DNA of 64,000 nt from an uncultured bacterium (GCA_963827235.1 CAWHAE010000014.1:1-64000), one strand, 5' to 3'; numbered from the stretch's first letter, positions 41,021-52,118 are shown. A program made the numbers and translations. The notes: generated by a model from the letters alone, not told the origin.

Positions 41021-41329
41021 ATGATTCGCGCACGACTCGCCGACACAACGCAAGGCCGAAGGGGAAGAGTCGCTTGTCGTACGGCACTCGACCTCGACAG
41101 CCTGGAGCGACTGCTTCGCGAGGGCCACGAGATCGGAGAGCACGGCTATCTTCGTCCACACACGGCATCCCCACATCAGCGGGCGGGCCTGCCGCAGCCT
41201 GCTGCTCGAGCGCTTGCTGAGATTCGTGTCGGCCTTTCCGGACGTGGGGTGGGCAACCTGCGGCCAGATCGCCGATTAAGTGCCGGCCACGATGCGTGCA
41301 CCGTGCAGCCCTTCCTCGACCCGGGATAG
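41021..41329 (+). pseudogene. Possible polysaccharide deacetylase fragment
   Basis: Only the LERLLREGHEIGEHGY motif. Confidence 0.35.
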
Positions 41330-41506
41330 CCACGCTTCGCCGCCAGGCCACTCCCGATAGGGCTAAGCTGCCTGCCAAGTTAAGGTAGTTTAGACATGGT
41401 AAACCGGCCCAAATGACACTACGACTGCTGCTTGCCGTCACGTAGTCTTGAGTCATAGAGAACCGGGACTCGGAACCGGTACGCGGGACAAAGAAAGGAC
41501 ACGTCG

Positions 41507-42064
41507 GTGACGGCTGATCTACGCTGGCGAGTGATAGTGTTGCAAGTGGTCATGGTTGTGGTGCTTGCCTTCGGTACCGGCTTCTTGTATTGGGCGGCCA
41601 ACTTCACGCATTCGAACGTACGGGACCAGCTGGTGGCACAGGACATCACGTTCCCGGCCGCCAACAGCGCGTCCGTCAACGCACTGCCGCCTGCCGACGC
41701 GGCGGCCATGCGGCAGTACGCTGGGCAGGCCCTGACCAACGGCGACCAGGCGCTCGCCTGGGCCAATCACTATATGGCGGTCCATCTGCAGGAGATCGGC
41801 GGCGGCAAGACCTACTCGCAAGTGAGCGCGCTGTCCATGGCCGCACCCAAGAATCAGGCACTGGCGAACGAAGTGCAGACGATATTCCGTGGTGAGACGC
41901 TTCGCGGGCTGCTCCTCAATGCTTGGGGCTGGTGGAACGTAGGGACCTACGCCTTCTACGCCGCGGTCGGCCTCACGGTAGCCACGGTGGCCGTGTTCAT
42001 GGCACTCCTGTACGAGCTGTTCCTTGCACCGGGACTCCGACCTCGCGGGTCGTCGTCCGTCTGA
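41507..42064 (+). CDS. Conserved hypothetical membrane protein
   Basis: AAAGGA RBS; two TM segments; YAGQ, GGKTY, FRGETLRGLLLNAWGW. Confidence 0.75.
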   Translation: MTADLRWRVIVLQVVMVVVLAFGTGFLYWAANFTHSNVRDQLVAQDITFPAANSASVNALPPADAAAMRQYAGQALTNGDQALAWANHYMAVHLQEIGGGKTYSQVSALSMAAPKNQALANEVQTIFRGETLRGLLLNAWGWWNVGTYAFYAAVGLTVATVAVFMALLYELFLAPGLRPRGSSSV

Positions 42065-42097
42065 GCAGCGCCGGCCCACGATCTCGACATAACACCA

Positions 42098-42146
42098 AGC
42101 CCCCGGCTCACGACCTGCGCATGGGGCAGGTCGTGAGCCGGGGGCT
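42098..42146. terminator. 21-bp perfect-stem hairpin between convergent units
   Basis: AGCCCCCGGCTCACGACCTGC-7nt-GCAGGTCGTGAGCCGGGGGCT. Confidence 0.75.
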
Positions 42147-42567
42147 ATCTGCGCGTCTGCGCGATCGTACCTCTCCCCCGGCCGTTGGCGCCTGCACGCT
42201 CAGGCACCGCGCGACAGCACAGCAAGGCAGCCCCGAACGCCGGCCCGGTGGGCAGTAGCTAGTGCAACGGCAAGGAAAACGACATCTGCGGCATGGTCTC
42301 CGTCAGCCCGGAGTAGCACGCCACCATGCCTGGCAGCCCGAAAACGAAGACCCGCAACAGCCTCCCTGCTACATGCAGAAAGCGCTGCGTGTGAGCGAAC
42401 ACTGCCGGTGTACGGCCGCTGACCCGGCGTAGTGCGGATCAAGCCAAGCCGCCGTGCGTACTAGCCGGTGGCAGGCGTCCCGGCAAGTCGCGGATCCGGG
42501 GAGGGCGGCGGCGCCCGCGACTAGTTCCGGCCGAACGTTGCGGGCCGGATGGGCGACAACTCGGCGC

Positions 42568-43410
42568 CTAGCCTTTGACCGCGCCTGCGGTGAGACCTTC
42601 CACCAGCCAGCGCTGCACCAGCGCGAAGAGGATGACCACGGGGATGATGATGATCACCGTGCCAGCGGCAACCTGTCCCCACTGCAGTATGAGCGACGAG
42701 CTGATCTGGTAGATGTAAAGCGGCATCGTAGCCGTGGCACTGCTGCTCGAGATCACCGATGCAAACAGGTAGTCACCCCAGGACACGATGAAGGCAAAGA
42801 AGGCGGCCACTGCCAATCCGGGCAGCGAGGTGGGCAGCACCACGCGAGTCAACGCGTTCAGCTTGTTGCATCCGTCCACGAGCGCCGCCTCGATCAGCGC
42901 CTGCGGCACCGCGTCCATGTAGCTCTTCAGCATCCACACGCAGAACGGCAATGCCAGGATGGTTTGGGCCAGGATCATACCGAGGTAGGTGTTTGAAAGG
43001 TGCATGTCCAGTATGAGGGTGTAGAACGGCACCAGGATGAGCACACCGGGGAACATCTGCGAGGTCAATACGGCGATCAGCAGCACGTTTCGGCCTCTGA
43101 TGCGATATTTGCTCAGCCCGTATGCCGCGAGCGTGGAGACGACCAGCGACAGAGCAGTCACAGACAGGGCGATGATCGTAGAGTTCTTGAGGTAGTCCTC
43201 GATTGAACCGGACGCGGACTGCCAGATGTCCTGGTACGAGCTAAAAGTCAGATCGCTCCTCTGCGGGATCAGGTTTCCACCGAAAATAGACTGCGTGGTC
43301 TTGAACGACTGCAGCACCAGCCACAGGATCGGTATCAGGAAGAAGCCATAGTACAGGAAGAGCAATGCATAGATCAGTACCATCCTGTACCACGTCATCC
43401 GGTGTATCAC
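42568..43410 (-). CDS. Carbohydrate ABC permease (MalG-like)
   Basis: EAALVDG loop, SWGDYL, GLTAGAVKG. Confidence 0.93.
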   Translation of the reverse strand: MIHRMTWYRMVLIYALLFLYYGFFLIPILWLVLQSFKTTQSIFGGNLIPQRSDLTFSSYQDIWQSASGSIEDYLKNSTIIALSVTALSLVVSTLAAYGLSKYRIRGRNVLLIAVLTSQMFPGVLILVPFYTLILDMHLSNTYLGMILAQTILALPFCVWMLKSYMDAVPQALIEAALVDGCNKLNALTRVVLPTSLPGLAVAAFFAFIVSWGDYLFASVISSSSATATMPLYIYQISSSLILQWGQVAAGTVIIIIPVVILFALVQRWLVEGLTAGAVKG

Positions 43411-44399
43411 GTCTCCGTCTCCTTCACAGTCAGGATGTACGGGATCGTAACCACCAGGAGCATGAGCAGCATGATCACGCCGGCGGATGCGGCGTATCCC
43501 GCCGTGTAGTTGTCCCAGAACTGCTTGTAGACGTATACCGGCATGACCAGCGTGGCGTTGATGGGCCCTCCGCCGGTTGACAGATACACGAAGTCGAAGT
43601 TGTTGAACGTCCAGAGCACGTGGATGATCACCATGATCATGGCGATGTAGGAAATGCCCGGTACGGTGATATGCCGGAACCTGGAGACCGCCGAAGCACC
43701 GTCAATGGCGGCGGCCTCGTACCGTTCGATCGGGATGTTATTGATCCCGGCGAATAGCGCGATGCCGAAGAACGGAGTGTTCCGCCAGAGGTGCATGATC
43801 ACGATCGAAGGCATGGCGGTATTCAGATTGCCGAACCAGTATGTGTTGAACCGCTTCAGCCCGATATCCCGAAGGATAATATTGAACAGGCCGTAGCCGG
43901 GCAGCCACACCAGGTTGAACATCATCACCGTGGCCACTACCGGGATGGTCCAGCTTGCCATCGTGACGCTGCGGAAAATCTGAATCCCCGGCACCTTCTC
44001 ATGCAGCAGGAGTGCCAGCCCGGTGCCAAGCACCAGCTCCAGGATGACGACGGTGGCCGTCAGCTCCACCGAATTGACCAGTGCGGAGGAACCCGGAAAG
44101 CCACCCCAGAAGTCCGTATCGGCGAAAAGATTGCGGAAATTGTCGAAGCCTATCCAGCTCTGCTGTCCCGGGTTTAGGGTACCGGCGTTGGTGAAACTGA
44201 GGATCACGCCCTGTACGACGGGGTACAGCACGACAAGACCGATGAGCGCCAGAGCGGGCAATGCCAGCAGGTAGCCAAACCATTCACGATCCTGTACATG
44301 AAGCACAGAGGCAATGGCACGCGTGAGCGGACCGGGCTGGAGCCGAAGCCCCAGCCCGGTCTCTTCGGAGATACCGGTGCGGTCAGTCGGATCTCGCAT
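43407..44399 (-). CDS. Carbohydrate ABC permease (MalF-like)
   Basis: YEAAAIDGA, FRHITVP, TGGGP. Confidence 0.93.
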   Translation of the reverse strand: MRDPTDRTGISEETGLGLRLQPGPLTRAIASVLHVQDREWFGYLLALPALALIGLVVLYPVVQGVILSFTNAGTLNPGQQSWIGFDNFRNLFADTDFWGGFPGSSALVNSVELTATVVILELVLGTGLALLLHEKVPGIQIFRSVTMASWTIPVVATVMMFNLVWLPGYGLFNIILRDIGLKRFNTYWFGNLNTAMPSIVIMHLWRNTPFFGIALFAGINNIPIERYEAAAIDGASAVSRFRHITVPGISYIAMIMVIIHVLWTFNNFDFVYLSTGGGPINATLVMPVYVYKQFWDNYTAGYAASAGVIMLLMLLVVTIPYILTVKETET

Positions 44400-44410
44400 C
44401 AGCGATTCTG

Positions 44411-45754
44411 CTAGAGCACACCGCGTGCCAGCAAGGAGTTCAAGTCGTTGTACAAACCCGCGCCGGCCTTGGCCGCCGTGGTCTGGTTGTACACCACTGG
44501 CTGCAACTCCTTGAAGATAGCGTCGAAGACGGCCGTCCAGTTGAGCGGATCAAGCGCCACGCCGTTCGGCACGAGCGCGCCGAAGTCCTTGTGCCACCAG
44601 TCCGCGGCCTGGGCATCGGACCGCGTAGCAATGAAGCCGGAGTCCGCGGCCCACGTACCCAGGACGCTCTTCGAGGACAGGAACTGGATGGCTTCCCAGG
44701 CCGCAGCCTGGTTCGGGCTGTACTTGTTGAGCAACAGCGGTTTGACTTCCAGGTATGTGCCGTGGCTTCCGCCCGGCGCCACGGGAAGCGGCACGATCGC
44801 CGTATCCTCCTGGATAATCTGCTTCGGCAGGCCGCCACCGTACGCCTGGTACGCCAGCATCCAGGGGCCTTCAGGTACCATGGCGAACTTGCCGGTCACG
44901 TAGCCGATGTCTTCGGAGTTGTAGTCGATACCCAGATACGTGTTGTCGACTGCCGGCTGGCTCGTCTTCGAATTTCCGTAGAACAGGTCGTGGTACAGCT
45001 GGTAGACCTTGGCGAGCTCTGCCGGCGTCGAATTGACCGACCATTTCTTGGTGGTCGGATCCAGCTTGAAGAGGTGCTTGTTGAGCTGGAAGAACCAGGA
45101 GATCCACTCCTGCGGGCCACGTACCGAGGTCACCTTCGTGCACACCCCAAAGCCCGACATGCCGAGGACAGGGCCGTACGTTGTCTCGGTCTGGCCTTTG
45201 GTTGTGATGTACGAAGCCGTTTCCAGTAGCTCGGGCCAGGTGGTGGGAATCTTCAGCCCGTAGTGCTTCAGGATGCTCTTGCGAACGAGCATGCCGCGGG
45301 CATTGGTGTTGTAGGGCACGCCATACAGATCGCCGTTGTATGTCAGGGCATTGACGGTCGACGGGAAGAACTTGGTGTGGTCCGCCCACGCGGCAAAGTT
45401 CGTCGTCAAAGGCGAAAGGTCGCCTGCGCGAACGTACGCCACCATGTTCTCCCAGAGGCCTTCGAGAATATCCGGAGAGCCCGTCTTGGCCTGGGCGAGG
45501 AACTTATTCTGCTGGATTCCGTAGTCTCCTGGACCGTAATCGGTCGTGAACTGAATGTCCGGAAGCGTGTCATGTTTCAGGAACCAGGGTAGAAACACCT
45601 TGGTATCCTGGCCATTGATGAATGGAACAGACCAGAAGGTGACGGGCGTCTTGCTCGCTGCCAGAACACGCTGCAAGGCCCTCGGGTTACCCATCGCGGC
45701 CAGGGCCGCTGCCGCTCCAGCGCCTTTGAGGAACGTCCTCCGAGATGATGCCAT
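44411..45754 (-). CDS. Carbohydrate ABC substrate-binding protein with Tat signal
   Basis: SRRTFLK, YNGDLYGVP, GKFAM..EGPW. Confidence 0.9.
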   Translation of the reverse strand: MASSRRTFLKGAGAAAALAAMGNPRALQRVLAASKTPVTFWSVPFINGQDTKVFLPWFLKHDTLPDIQFTTDYGPGDYGIQQNKFLAQAKTGSPDILEGLWENMVAYVRAGDLSPLTTNFAAWADHTKFFPSTVNALTYNGDLYGVPYNTNARGMLVRKSILKHYGLKIPTTWPELLETASYITTKGQTETTYGPVLGMSGFGVCTKVTSVRGPQEWISWFFQLNKHLFKLDPTTKKWSVNSTPAELAKVYQLYHDLFYGNSKTSQPAVDNTYLGIDYNSEDIGYVTGKFAMVPEGPWMLAYQAYGGGLPKQIIQEDTAIVPLPVAPGGSHGTYLEVKPLLLNKYSPNQAAAWEAIQFLSSKSVLGTWAADSGFIATRSDAQAADWWHKDFGALVPNGVALDPLNWTAVFDAIFKELQPVVYNQTTAAKAGAGLYNDLNSLLARGVL

Positions 45755-46194
45755 AGCATTGTCTCCTGTCTAGTAAAGGCGATTACGACGACTATGCTCA
45801 TGGACTCGCGACCGGAGTGGCCCGTCGCGAGACGTACGCCTATCTCAGCGGAATCTACGTGCAACTCCACGGAGCGGACTCGACCTGGTCGAGCCGGCCC
45901 GTGTCGGGCGACCGCGGCATCAGGATCGCTACATCGCCGGGCAGGCGATGGTGCCCTGGACCCGCGTTTCCAGATCTGCACAGACGATTCGGGAGCTGGC
46001 AACGCTCTTACTGCCGGCCCATCCTCCTGCCGTAGGGATGCAGCCGCGACTGCTCTCGGCAGTCACAGAGTTCTGTTTCATCGCGAGAGTTACCGGAAAA
46101 CCGGGAAACAGAGATCGCTTTCGTACAGTCAAGGGAGCGGACACACAGCTTGATGTGCTCGATAACACCGATGCTACAAGATCTCGTAGTGGCG

Positions 46195-46285
46195 TGGACG
46201 TACAAGCGCGTTTCCAGTATAATACGCCTATTGCCGGGATGTCAAGGCGCTTGTTTCCCAGCATCACTCGTTTCACGTTTCCAGG
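46195..46285. promoter_or_regulatory. Overlapping divergent promoters with candidate LacI sites
   Basis: + strand TGGACG-17-TATAAT(46218); - strand TTGACA(46245)-18-TATACT; repeated GTTTCC half-sites. Confidence 0.6.
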
Positions 46286-46369
46286 ACTTGCGGCCGTTGT
46301 CGGACCACCGGGCAACATCTATTCACGCCGTTGCGGCGTGCAGGGGGTATTTGAGGACGGGAGGCAACC

Positions 46370-47407
46370 ATGCCTGCGTCGCTCCGTGATGTTGCCCGTG
46401 CAGCCGGTGTCTCCGTGGCAACTGCCTCGCGCGCGCTCAACGGTGCCGGCGGTCGCACGGTCTCCGCGGAGAAGCACGACCTGATCCTGCGCGCTGCATC
46501 GCAGCTGGATTACCGTCCGGCCCGGGCCGGACGGGCCGACGCCTCGCCGGTCGCGGCTCGACGCACCAACAATATCGGGCTGGTGTTGCGCGCTACCTAT
46601 CGATACACCGATCCCTTTTGGTCGCATGTTCTGGAAGGGCTGACGGCGGAGATTATGCGGCAAGGCTACCACCACCGCTTTGCCTACACCATGGACGATC
46701 TGCAGAATCAGCGTCGCCGGCGGTTGCTCAGCAGCCGCTTCATCGATGGTCTGATTCTGGTCGGAGACATGAGCATGGCGGCGGAGATCGCGGATACCAA
46801 TCCGCCGGGGAGCCTGGTCGTGATCGCCGGCTACGACTCCACGCGCTGGGAGTCGGACGTACGACTCAACGTGGTCACCATGGAAAAGCACACTGCCATG
46901 GACAGCCTGGTCCGACATCTGGCCGAGCTGGGTCGCCGCAGGCTCGCCTTCCTTGGGCCAACGCCCGACCGCGACCGGCGGGGCGAAGGGTTCGTGCACG
47001 CGCTGATCCGTCACGATCTGCCCGTGGTCTCCGATCTCTTCGTCGAGTGCGACTTCAGTTCCGAGGCCGGTTACGCCGCGACCTTGCGCCTGCTGAACCG
47101 TGGGCACGGCGTGGACGGTCTGGTTTGCGCTTGCGACACCATCGCCATCGGAGCGGTACGCGCGGCAAAGGAGGCCGGGCTGCATCTGCCTGACGATCTG
47201 GCGGTTGCCGGTTACGACAACATTCCGTTCTCACGCGACCTCGATCCGCCGCTGACCACCGTTCAAGTACCCAAAGAGCTCATGGGCGAGCTGGCTGCCC
47301 GTCGCGTCATCGAGTGCATTGCCCACCCGGACTGGCCGCCTATCATTCAGATGGTGCCGACCAGGCTCGTGATCCGCTCCTCATGCGGCGAGCCTGCGGG
47401 CGGCTGA
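46370..47407 (+). CDS. LacI-family regulator
   Basis: SLRDVARAAGVSVATASRALN, PDDLAVAGYDN, PPLTTV. Confidence 0.95.
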   Translation: MPASLRDVARAAGVSVATASRALNGAGGRTVSAEKHDLILRAASQLDYRPARAGRADASPVAARRTNNIGLVLRATYRYTDPFWSHVLEGLTAEIMRQGYHHRFAYTMDDLQNQRRRRLLSSRFIDGLILVGDMSMAAEIADTNPPGSLVVIAGYDSTRWESDVRLNVVTMEKHTAMDSLVRHLAELGRRRLAFLGPTPDRDRRGEGFVHALIRHDLPVVSDLFVECDFSSEAGYAATLRLLNRGHGVDGLVCACDTIAIGAVRAAKEAGLHLPDDLAVAGYDNIPFSRDLDPPLTTVQVPKELMGELAARRVIECIAHPDWPPIIQMVPTRLVIRSSCGEPAGG

Positions 47408-47444
47408 TTGCCTCTAGACACTGTTTGTTGAAAGGACAGCGCAC

Positions 47445-48773
47445 ATGGCCAAGATCGCCCTCATCGGCGCAGGGAGCGTCGTCTTCACGCGCAACTTGCT
47501 CAGCGACGTGCTCTCGTTCCCTGCCTTGCAGGACAGCACGATAAGCCTCATGGACATCGACACCGGCCGGCTAGAGCTGGCTCGGGACCTCGTGCAGGCG
47601 ATGATCGATCGCCGAGGTCTGGCAGCCACGGTAGAGGCCACCACGGACAGGGCAGAGGCCATACGTAACGCGCGCTACGTGATAGTGACCATCCAGGTGG
47701 GCGGGCTAGAGGCATACGCCCACGACATCGAGATTCCGGCCCGCTACGGTGTCGGACAGTGTGTTGGAGATACGCTCGGTCCTGGAGGAGTCTTCCGCGG
47801 GCTGCGCACGATGCCTGTATTGCTCGACCTGTGTCGCGAGATGGATCGGCTCTGCCTCCCGGACGCCCTGCTCATCAACTACTCGAACCCGATGGCCATT
47901 AACTGCTGGGCGATCGCCTCAACCGGCCGGCCGCACGTTGGCCTCTGCCACAGCGTGCAGGGCACGTCTCGCATGCTGGCCGGGTGGATCGGCGTGCCGT
48001 ATGAAGAGGTCAACTACCGCGTGGCGGGCATCAATCACCAGGCCTGGTTCCTGGACTTCAAGCATCGCGGGGCCGACGCCTATCCTCGCCTGCGAGAGCG
48101 CGTGAAGGACCCGGAGATCGTCGGTCAGGAGCCTGTGCGCGTCGAGCTCATGCGCCAGTTCGGCTATTTTGTTACGGAAAGCAGCGGGCACGCTTCTGAG
48201 TATGCTCCGTATTTCCGCCGGACTCCAGGCATGATCGCAGAATTGAGCACCCGTTTCCTGTCTCCCGAAGACGAGTGGATCGATTGGGGAAAGACGGGGG
48301 GCTATCTCAAGGAGTGCCGCCGGCGGCTGCCGACGTTCCTCAGCGACGTTCGGGCTCAGGTCAGCGGCCAAAAGGACCTTCCGATGGAAAGAAGCGACGA
48401 GTACGGTGCCGGGATCATCAACGCGGTGGAAACCGGGGCGGCCTTTGCTTTCAACGGCAACGTGCCCAATTCGGGCGCCATTACCAATCTGCCGCCTGGC
48501 TGCTGCGTTGAGGTTCCCTGCCTGTGCGATGGCTCCGGGGTGCAGCCTACCATCGTAGGATTGCTGCCACCGCAGCTTGCTGCGCTCAACCGGACAAACA
48601 TCAACGTGCAGGAGCTTGCCGTCTTGGGCGGTTTGCGAGGCGATCGCGAAGCCGTCGTCCATGCTGCCATGGTGGATCCGCTTACCGCGGCCTCGTGCGG
48701 CCTCCACCAGATTCGCAACATGGTCGACGAGCTGTTCGCGGCAGAGCGAACCTGGCTTCCCCAGTTTGCTTGA
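47445..48773 (+). CDS. melA: GH4 NAD-dependent alpha-galactosidase-like glycosidase
   Basis: KIALIGAGS, GDTLGPGG, NYSNP, GLCHSVQ, GINH, TESSGH. Confidence 0.88.
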   Translation: MAKIALIGAGSVVFTRNLLSDVLSFPALQDSTISLMDIDTGRLELARDLVQAMIDRRGLAATVEATTDRAEAIRNARYVIVTIQVGGLEAYAHDIEIPARYGVGQCVGDTLGPGGVFRGLRTMPVLLDLCREMDRLCLPDALLINYSNPMAINCWAIASTGRPHVGLCHSVQGTSRMLAGWIGVPYEEVNYRVAGINHQAWFLDFKHRGADAYPRLRERVKDPEIVGQEPVRVELMRQFGYFVTESSGHASEYAPYFRRTPGMIAELSTRFLSPEDEWIDWGKTGGYLKECRRRLPTFLSDVRAQVSGQKDLPMERSDEYGAGIINAVETGAAFAFNGNVPNSGAITNLPPGCCVEVPCLCDGSGVQPTIVGLLPPQLAALNRTNINVQELAVLGGLRGDREAVVHAAMVDPLTAASCGLHQIRNMVDELFAAERTWLPQFA

Positions 48774-48951
48774 CGACGCGGCAATCCTCCACCGAGAACG
48801 CGATCACTGATGCGCGGGACGAACAAGCGCGTCATCCGGCGTAGCTGCTTGCCGGGAGCCGAAACCGGGTATGCTACAGGAAGTGGATCGCGATATCGTG
48901 TCGGACACGAGCCGGCATTTCTGGCATGGGCCGGTGCCTGTCGCGAGGTGA

Positions 48952-50043
48952 GTGAAACACAGCGCTTACGTGAGTGTTGCATCGTATCCGCGCATCATCG
49001 ACGGGCACAACGATGTCCTGCTTCGGCTTTCCGAAGCGGGCGACCAGGCGGAGTCCATGTTCTTCCAGCGCGGATCGTCGGGTCACATGGACCTGCCGAG
49101 AGCGCGAGAAGGTGGCTTGGGAGCCGGTTTCTTTGCCGTTTACGTACCTGACCCGGCGGAGACCAAGGACAGTGTGACCTCTGCCGCCGCGACTTACCAG
49201 TCGCAGCCGGCAGCCCCGTTGCCGGTCGACTACGCAACACACGCCGCGATGGCGCAGATGGCCGTCCTGTTCAGGCTGGAGGAACGGTCCTGCGGTCAGC
49301 TCAAGGTAGTCCGCACGGCGGATGAGATGGAGCAGTGCCTGCGATCCGGCGTGCTGGGTGCGGTGCTGCACATGGAAGGCGCCGAGGCCATCGACGCGGA
49401 TCTCGCCGCCTTGCGAGTTTTCTTTGAGGCAGGTCTTCGCTCGCTGGGCATCGTGTGGAGCCGTCCCAATGCGTTTGGGCATGGTGTGCCGTTTCGCTAT
49501 CCGTCGTCGCCGGACACCGGCCCAGGCCTTACCGACACCGGTCGCGTGCTCGTACGCGAGTGCAACCGGCTTGGCGTGCTCGTCGACCTGTCTCACCTGA
49601 ACGAGCGAGGCTTCTGGGACGTCGCCGGCTTGTCCACGGCGCCGCTCGTGGCCACTCACTCCGGCGCGCACGGCGTGTGCGCCACCTCGCGCAACCTGAC
49701 GGACAGGCAGCTCGACGCGATCAGGGAATCAGGCGGCATCGTTGGCATGAATTTCGCGGTGTGCTTCCTGCGACCCGATGGACTGAACAGTCAGGATACT
49801 CCCCTGGACGTGATGGTGCGACACCTGGACTACCTGGTACAGCGGCTGGGTATCGACCACGTGGGGCTCGGCTCGGACTTCGACGGCGCTGTGGTCTCCG
49901 AGTCACTCGGCGATGTCGCCGGTCTGCCTCGGCTCCTGGACGCGTTGCGGGCTGCCGGTTTCGGCGAACGCGACCTGGCGAAGCTTGCACATGAGAACTG
50001 GCTACGCGTGTTGCGCGCTACCTGGTCTCGAGAGCAGGCATAG
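48952..50043 (+). CDS. Membrane dipeptidase (M19)
   Basis: DGHND, HMEGAE, DLSH, THS, RNLTD, GLGSDFDG. Confidence 0.92.
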   Translation: MKHSAYVSVASYPRIIDGHNDVLLRLSEAGDQAESMFFQRGSSGHMDLPRAREGGLGAGFFAVYVPDPAETKDSVTSAAATYQSQPAAPLPVDYATHAAMAQMAVLFRLEERSCGQLKVVRTADEMEQCLRSGVLGAVLHMEGAEAIDADLAALRVFFEAGLRSLGIVWSRPNAFGHGVPFRYPSSPDTGPGLTDTGRVLVRECNRLGVLVDLSHLNERGFWDVAGLSTAPLVATHSGAHGVCATSRNLTDRQLDAIRESGGIVGMNFAVCFLRPDGLNSQDTPLDVMVRHLDYLVQRLGIDHVGLGSDFDGAVVSESLGDVAGLPRLLDALRAAGFGERDLAKLAHENWLRVLRATWSREQA

Positions 50044-50368
50044 AGAAGCAGGCGACGGCGCAGAGTCGCGTCGTGGGGCATGATGGGGCCCGGGCTCACC
50101 GGAGAGCCCCCTACTGGCATAGAGGCCGGAGTGCGCTCCGCTGGAACGCACGAGGCAGCGACGCATGCCCTTACCCGGTTGGGCGTCGTTTGACACGATT
50201 GAGCTCGACCACCTACACTAAGGCACCGTTTAGAGGTATGCCTGGGGCTCGCGTGAGTGAGGGAGGTGTTGATAGGCCATCGCAACGGCGAGGTTCGCCG
50301 AGTAGCTGACGAACTTTCAAACCTGTTCGGCCGGACGGAGAGGTACTCATCTCTGGTTCATTGGGAGG

Positions 50369-51997
50369 ATGGAGAACATGACTCGTAGAAGGGCTGCCCG
50401 ATCTCTAGCCGTCGCACTCTTGCTGGGCGCTACGGTGGTGGCTCCTGTAGCGGGCCAGCGCGCCTTGGCGCATTCGCCGCAGGCGAAGATCACCACGCTC
50501 GTCGTGGGCTGGGACGTGTCGGATGCCAAGACGCTCGATCCCGGGCGCGAATACGAATTCACGGGCCAGACAGTCGATCACGCGCTCTATGATTCGCTCG
50601 TCACGCTGAAGGGTGGAGACGTGGCGAATGCGCAGCCGGACCTTGCCACGAGCTGGAAGATCACCGGCGGCGGCACGGTGTTCACGTTCAAGCTTCGCCA
50701 GGGCGTGAAGTTCGCCAGCGGCAACCCGGTCACGGCCGACGACGTGGTTTTCTCGTATAAGAGATTCCAGAATCTCCACGACAATCCCTCGACGCTGATT
50801 GCCGGTATGAAGGACATCACGGCGGTCGACCCGTCGACAGTGCAGATCACGCTCAGCGCCCCCGACGTGTCGTTCCTTGCTGCCATGGTCGGACCCCAGT
50901 TCGCCGTCCTTGACTCCAAGACGGTCATGGCTCACGGCGGTACCGATGCGGCGGACGCCGCAAAGACGGACACGGCGACCGCGTACCTGGATGCGAACTC
51001 CGCGGGCACTGGCCCCTACACCTTGAAAGAGTGGACTCGCAACACACGTATAGTGCTCGAGCGCAATTCAAGCTATTGGGGTCACGCTCCGTACTTCCAG
51101 GAAGTGATTCTTAACGGTGTGAAGGACTCCCAGACCCAGATGCTCCAACTGGAGAAGGGCGACGCCGACATGGCATTCAGCCTGTCGTCGGACCAGGTGG
51201 CAACGCTCAAGTCCAATTCGAGTGTGAAGGTTGCGCTCGGATCGACGCTTGACTACATCTACATGGCCATCAACGTTGGTCCCGCCATCTCCAAGCCGCA
51301 GTCCAGCCCGCTCGTGCGGCAGGCGATGAGGTACGCGATCGACTACAACGGGATCATCCAGAAGCTTCTGAACGGTACAGGACAGCAGGTCGCCGGCGTC
51401 ATCCCGATCGGTTATGTCGGCAACAGCGCTGCGCAGAACGCCGCGCAGCGCTTCCACACCGATCCGGCCAAGGCAAAGGCTCTGCTGACACAGGCCGGCT
51501 ATCCGAACGGCTTCACCACGTCGCTTGAGTATCCCACGAATTACTCGTTCGACGGCGTCAACTTCGACGTCCTGGCACCGAAGATCGTGGACGACCTCAA
51601 GACCGTGGGTATCGTTGCAACCCCGAAAGCCGTGCAGTTCTCCGTCTGGCTGGCCGACTTCCGGGCGCGTAAGCTGCAGATCAGCCTGGGTCCCTGGGGC
51701 GCCGACTATCCAGACGCCTTTGACAACCTGAGCTACTTCGGCCCCGGCGGAAACGTGGGGCTGCGCGCCAACTACGCGAAGGACGGGAACCTGGCGGCGC
51801 TGATCGCCAAGGGTGACACGATTGCCGACAATGCACAGCGAGGCGCGATCTACAACCAGGTGCAGCAGCAGATGCTGAAGACCGGGCCGTGGATCACCCT
51901 TGTCGAGCCGGCATTCCCGGTCGGTTTGCGTGCCAACATCAAGGGCTATGTGTACACGCCGATCTGGGAGGCGGACTTCTCCACGTTGAGCGAATAG
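50369..51997 (+). CDS. Peptide ABC substrate-binding protein (family 5)
   Basis: TLDP, PDLATSW, KLRQGVKF.SG, GTGPY, VRQAMRYAID. Confidence 0.93.
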   Translation: MENMTRRRAARSLAVALLLGATVVAPVAGQRALAHSPQAKITTLVVGWDVSDAKTLDPGREYEFTGQTVDHALYDSLVTLKGGDVANAQPDLATSWKITGGGTVFTFKLRQGVKFASGNPVTADDVVFSYKRFQNLHDNPSTLIAGMKDITAVDPSTVQITLSAPDVSFLAAMVGPQFAVLDSKTVMAHGGTDAADAAKTDTATAYLDANSAGTGPYTLKEWTRNTRIVLERNSSYWGHAPYFQEVILNGVKDSQTQMLQLEKGDADMAFSLSSDQVATLKSNSSVKVALGSTLDYIYMAINVGPAISKPQSSPLVRQAMRYAIDYNGIIQKLLNGTGQQVAGVIPIGYVGNSAAQNAAQRFHTDPAKAKALLTQAGYPNGFTTSLEYPTNYSFDGVNFDVLAPKIVDDLKTVGIVATPKAVQFSVWLADFRARKLQISLGPWGADYPDAFDNLSYFGPGGNVGLRANYAKDGNLAALIAKGDTIADNAQRGAIYNQVQQQMLKTGPWITLVEPAFPVGLRANIKGYVYTPIWEADFSTLSE

Positions 51998-52080
51998 GCT
52001 GAGCGCGAGTCTGCCGGCGCGCGTCGGGCAGGTGGCCACTGCGTAAGCAGACCTCTTTGACTGGCGCGCCGTCCGGCATC

Positions 52081-52118
52081 GGAAGCACGAGACCGGCAAT
52101 TGCCGGTCTCGTGCTTCC
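52081..52118. other. 38-bp perfect palindrome between the SBP and permease genes
   Basis: GGAAGCACGAGACCGGCAA|TTGCCGGTCTCGTGCTTCC. Confidence 0.85.

Noticed and set aside
41020-41200. Possible riboswitch upstream of htrA
   Set aside because: No aptamer consensus recognised; better explained as a coding remnant.
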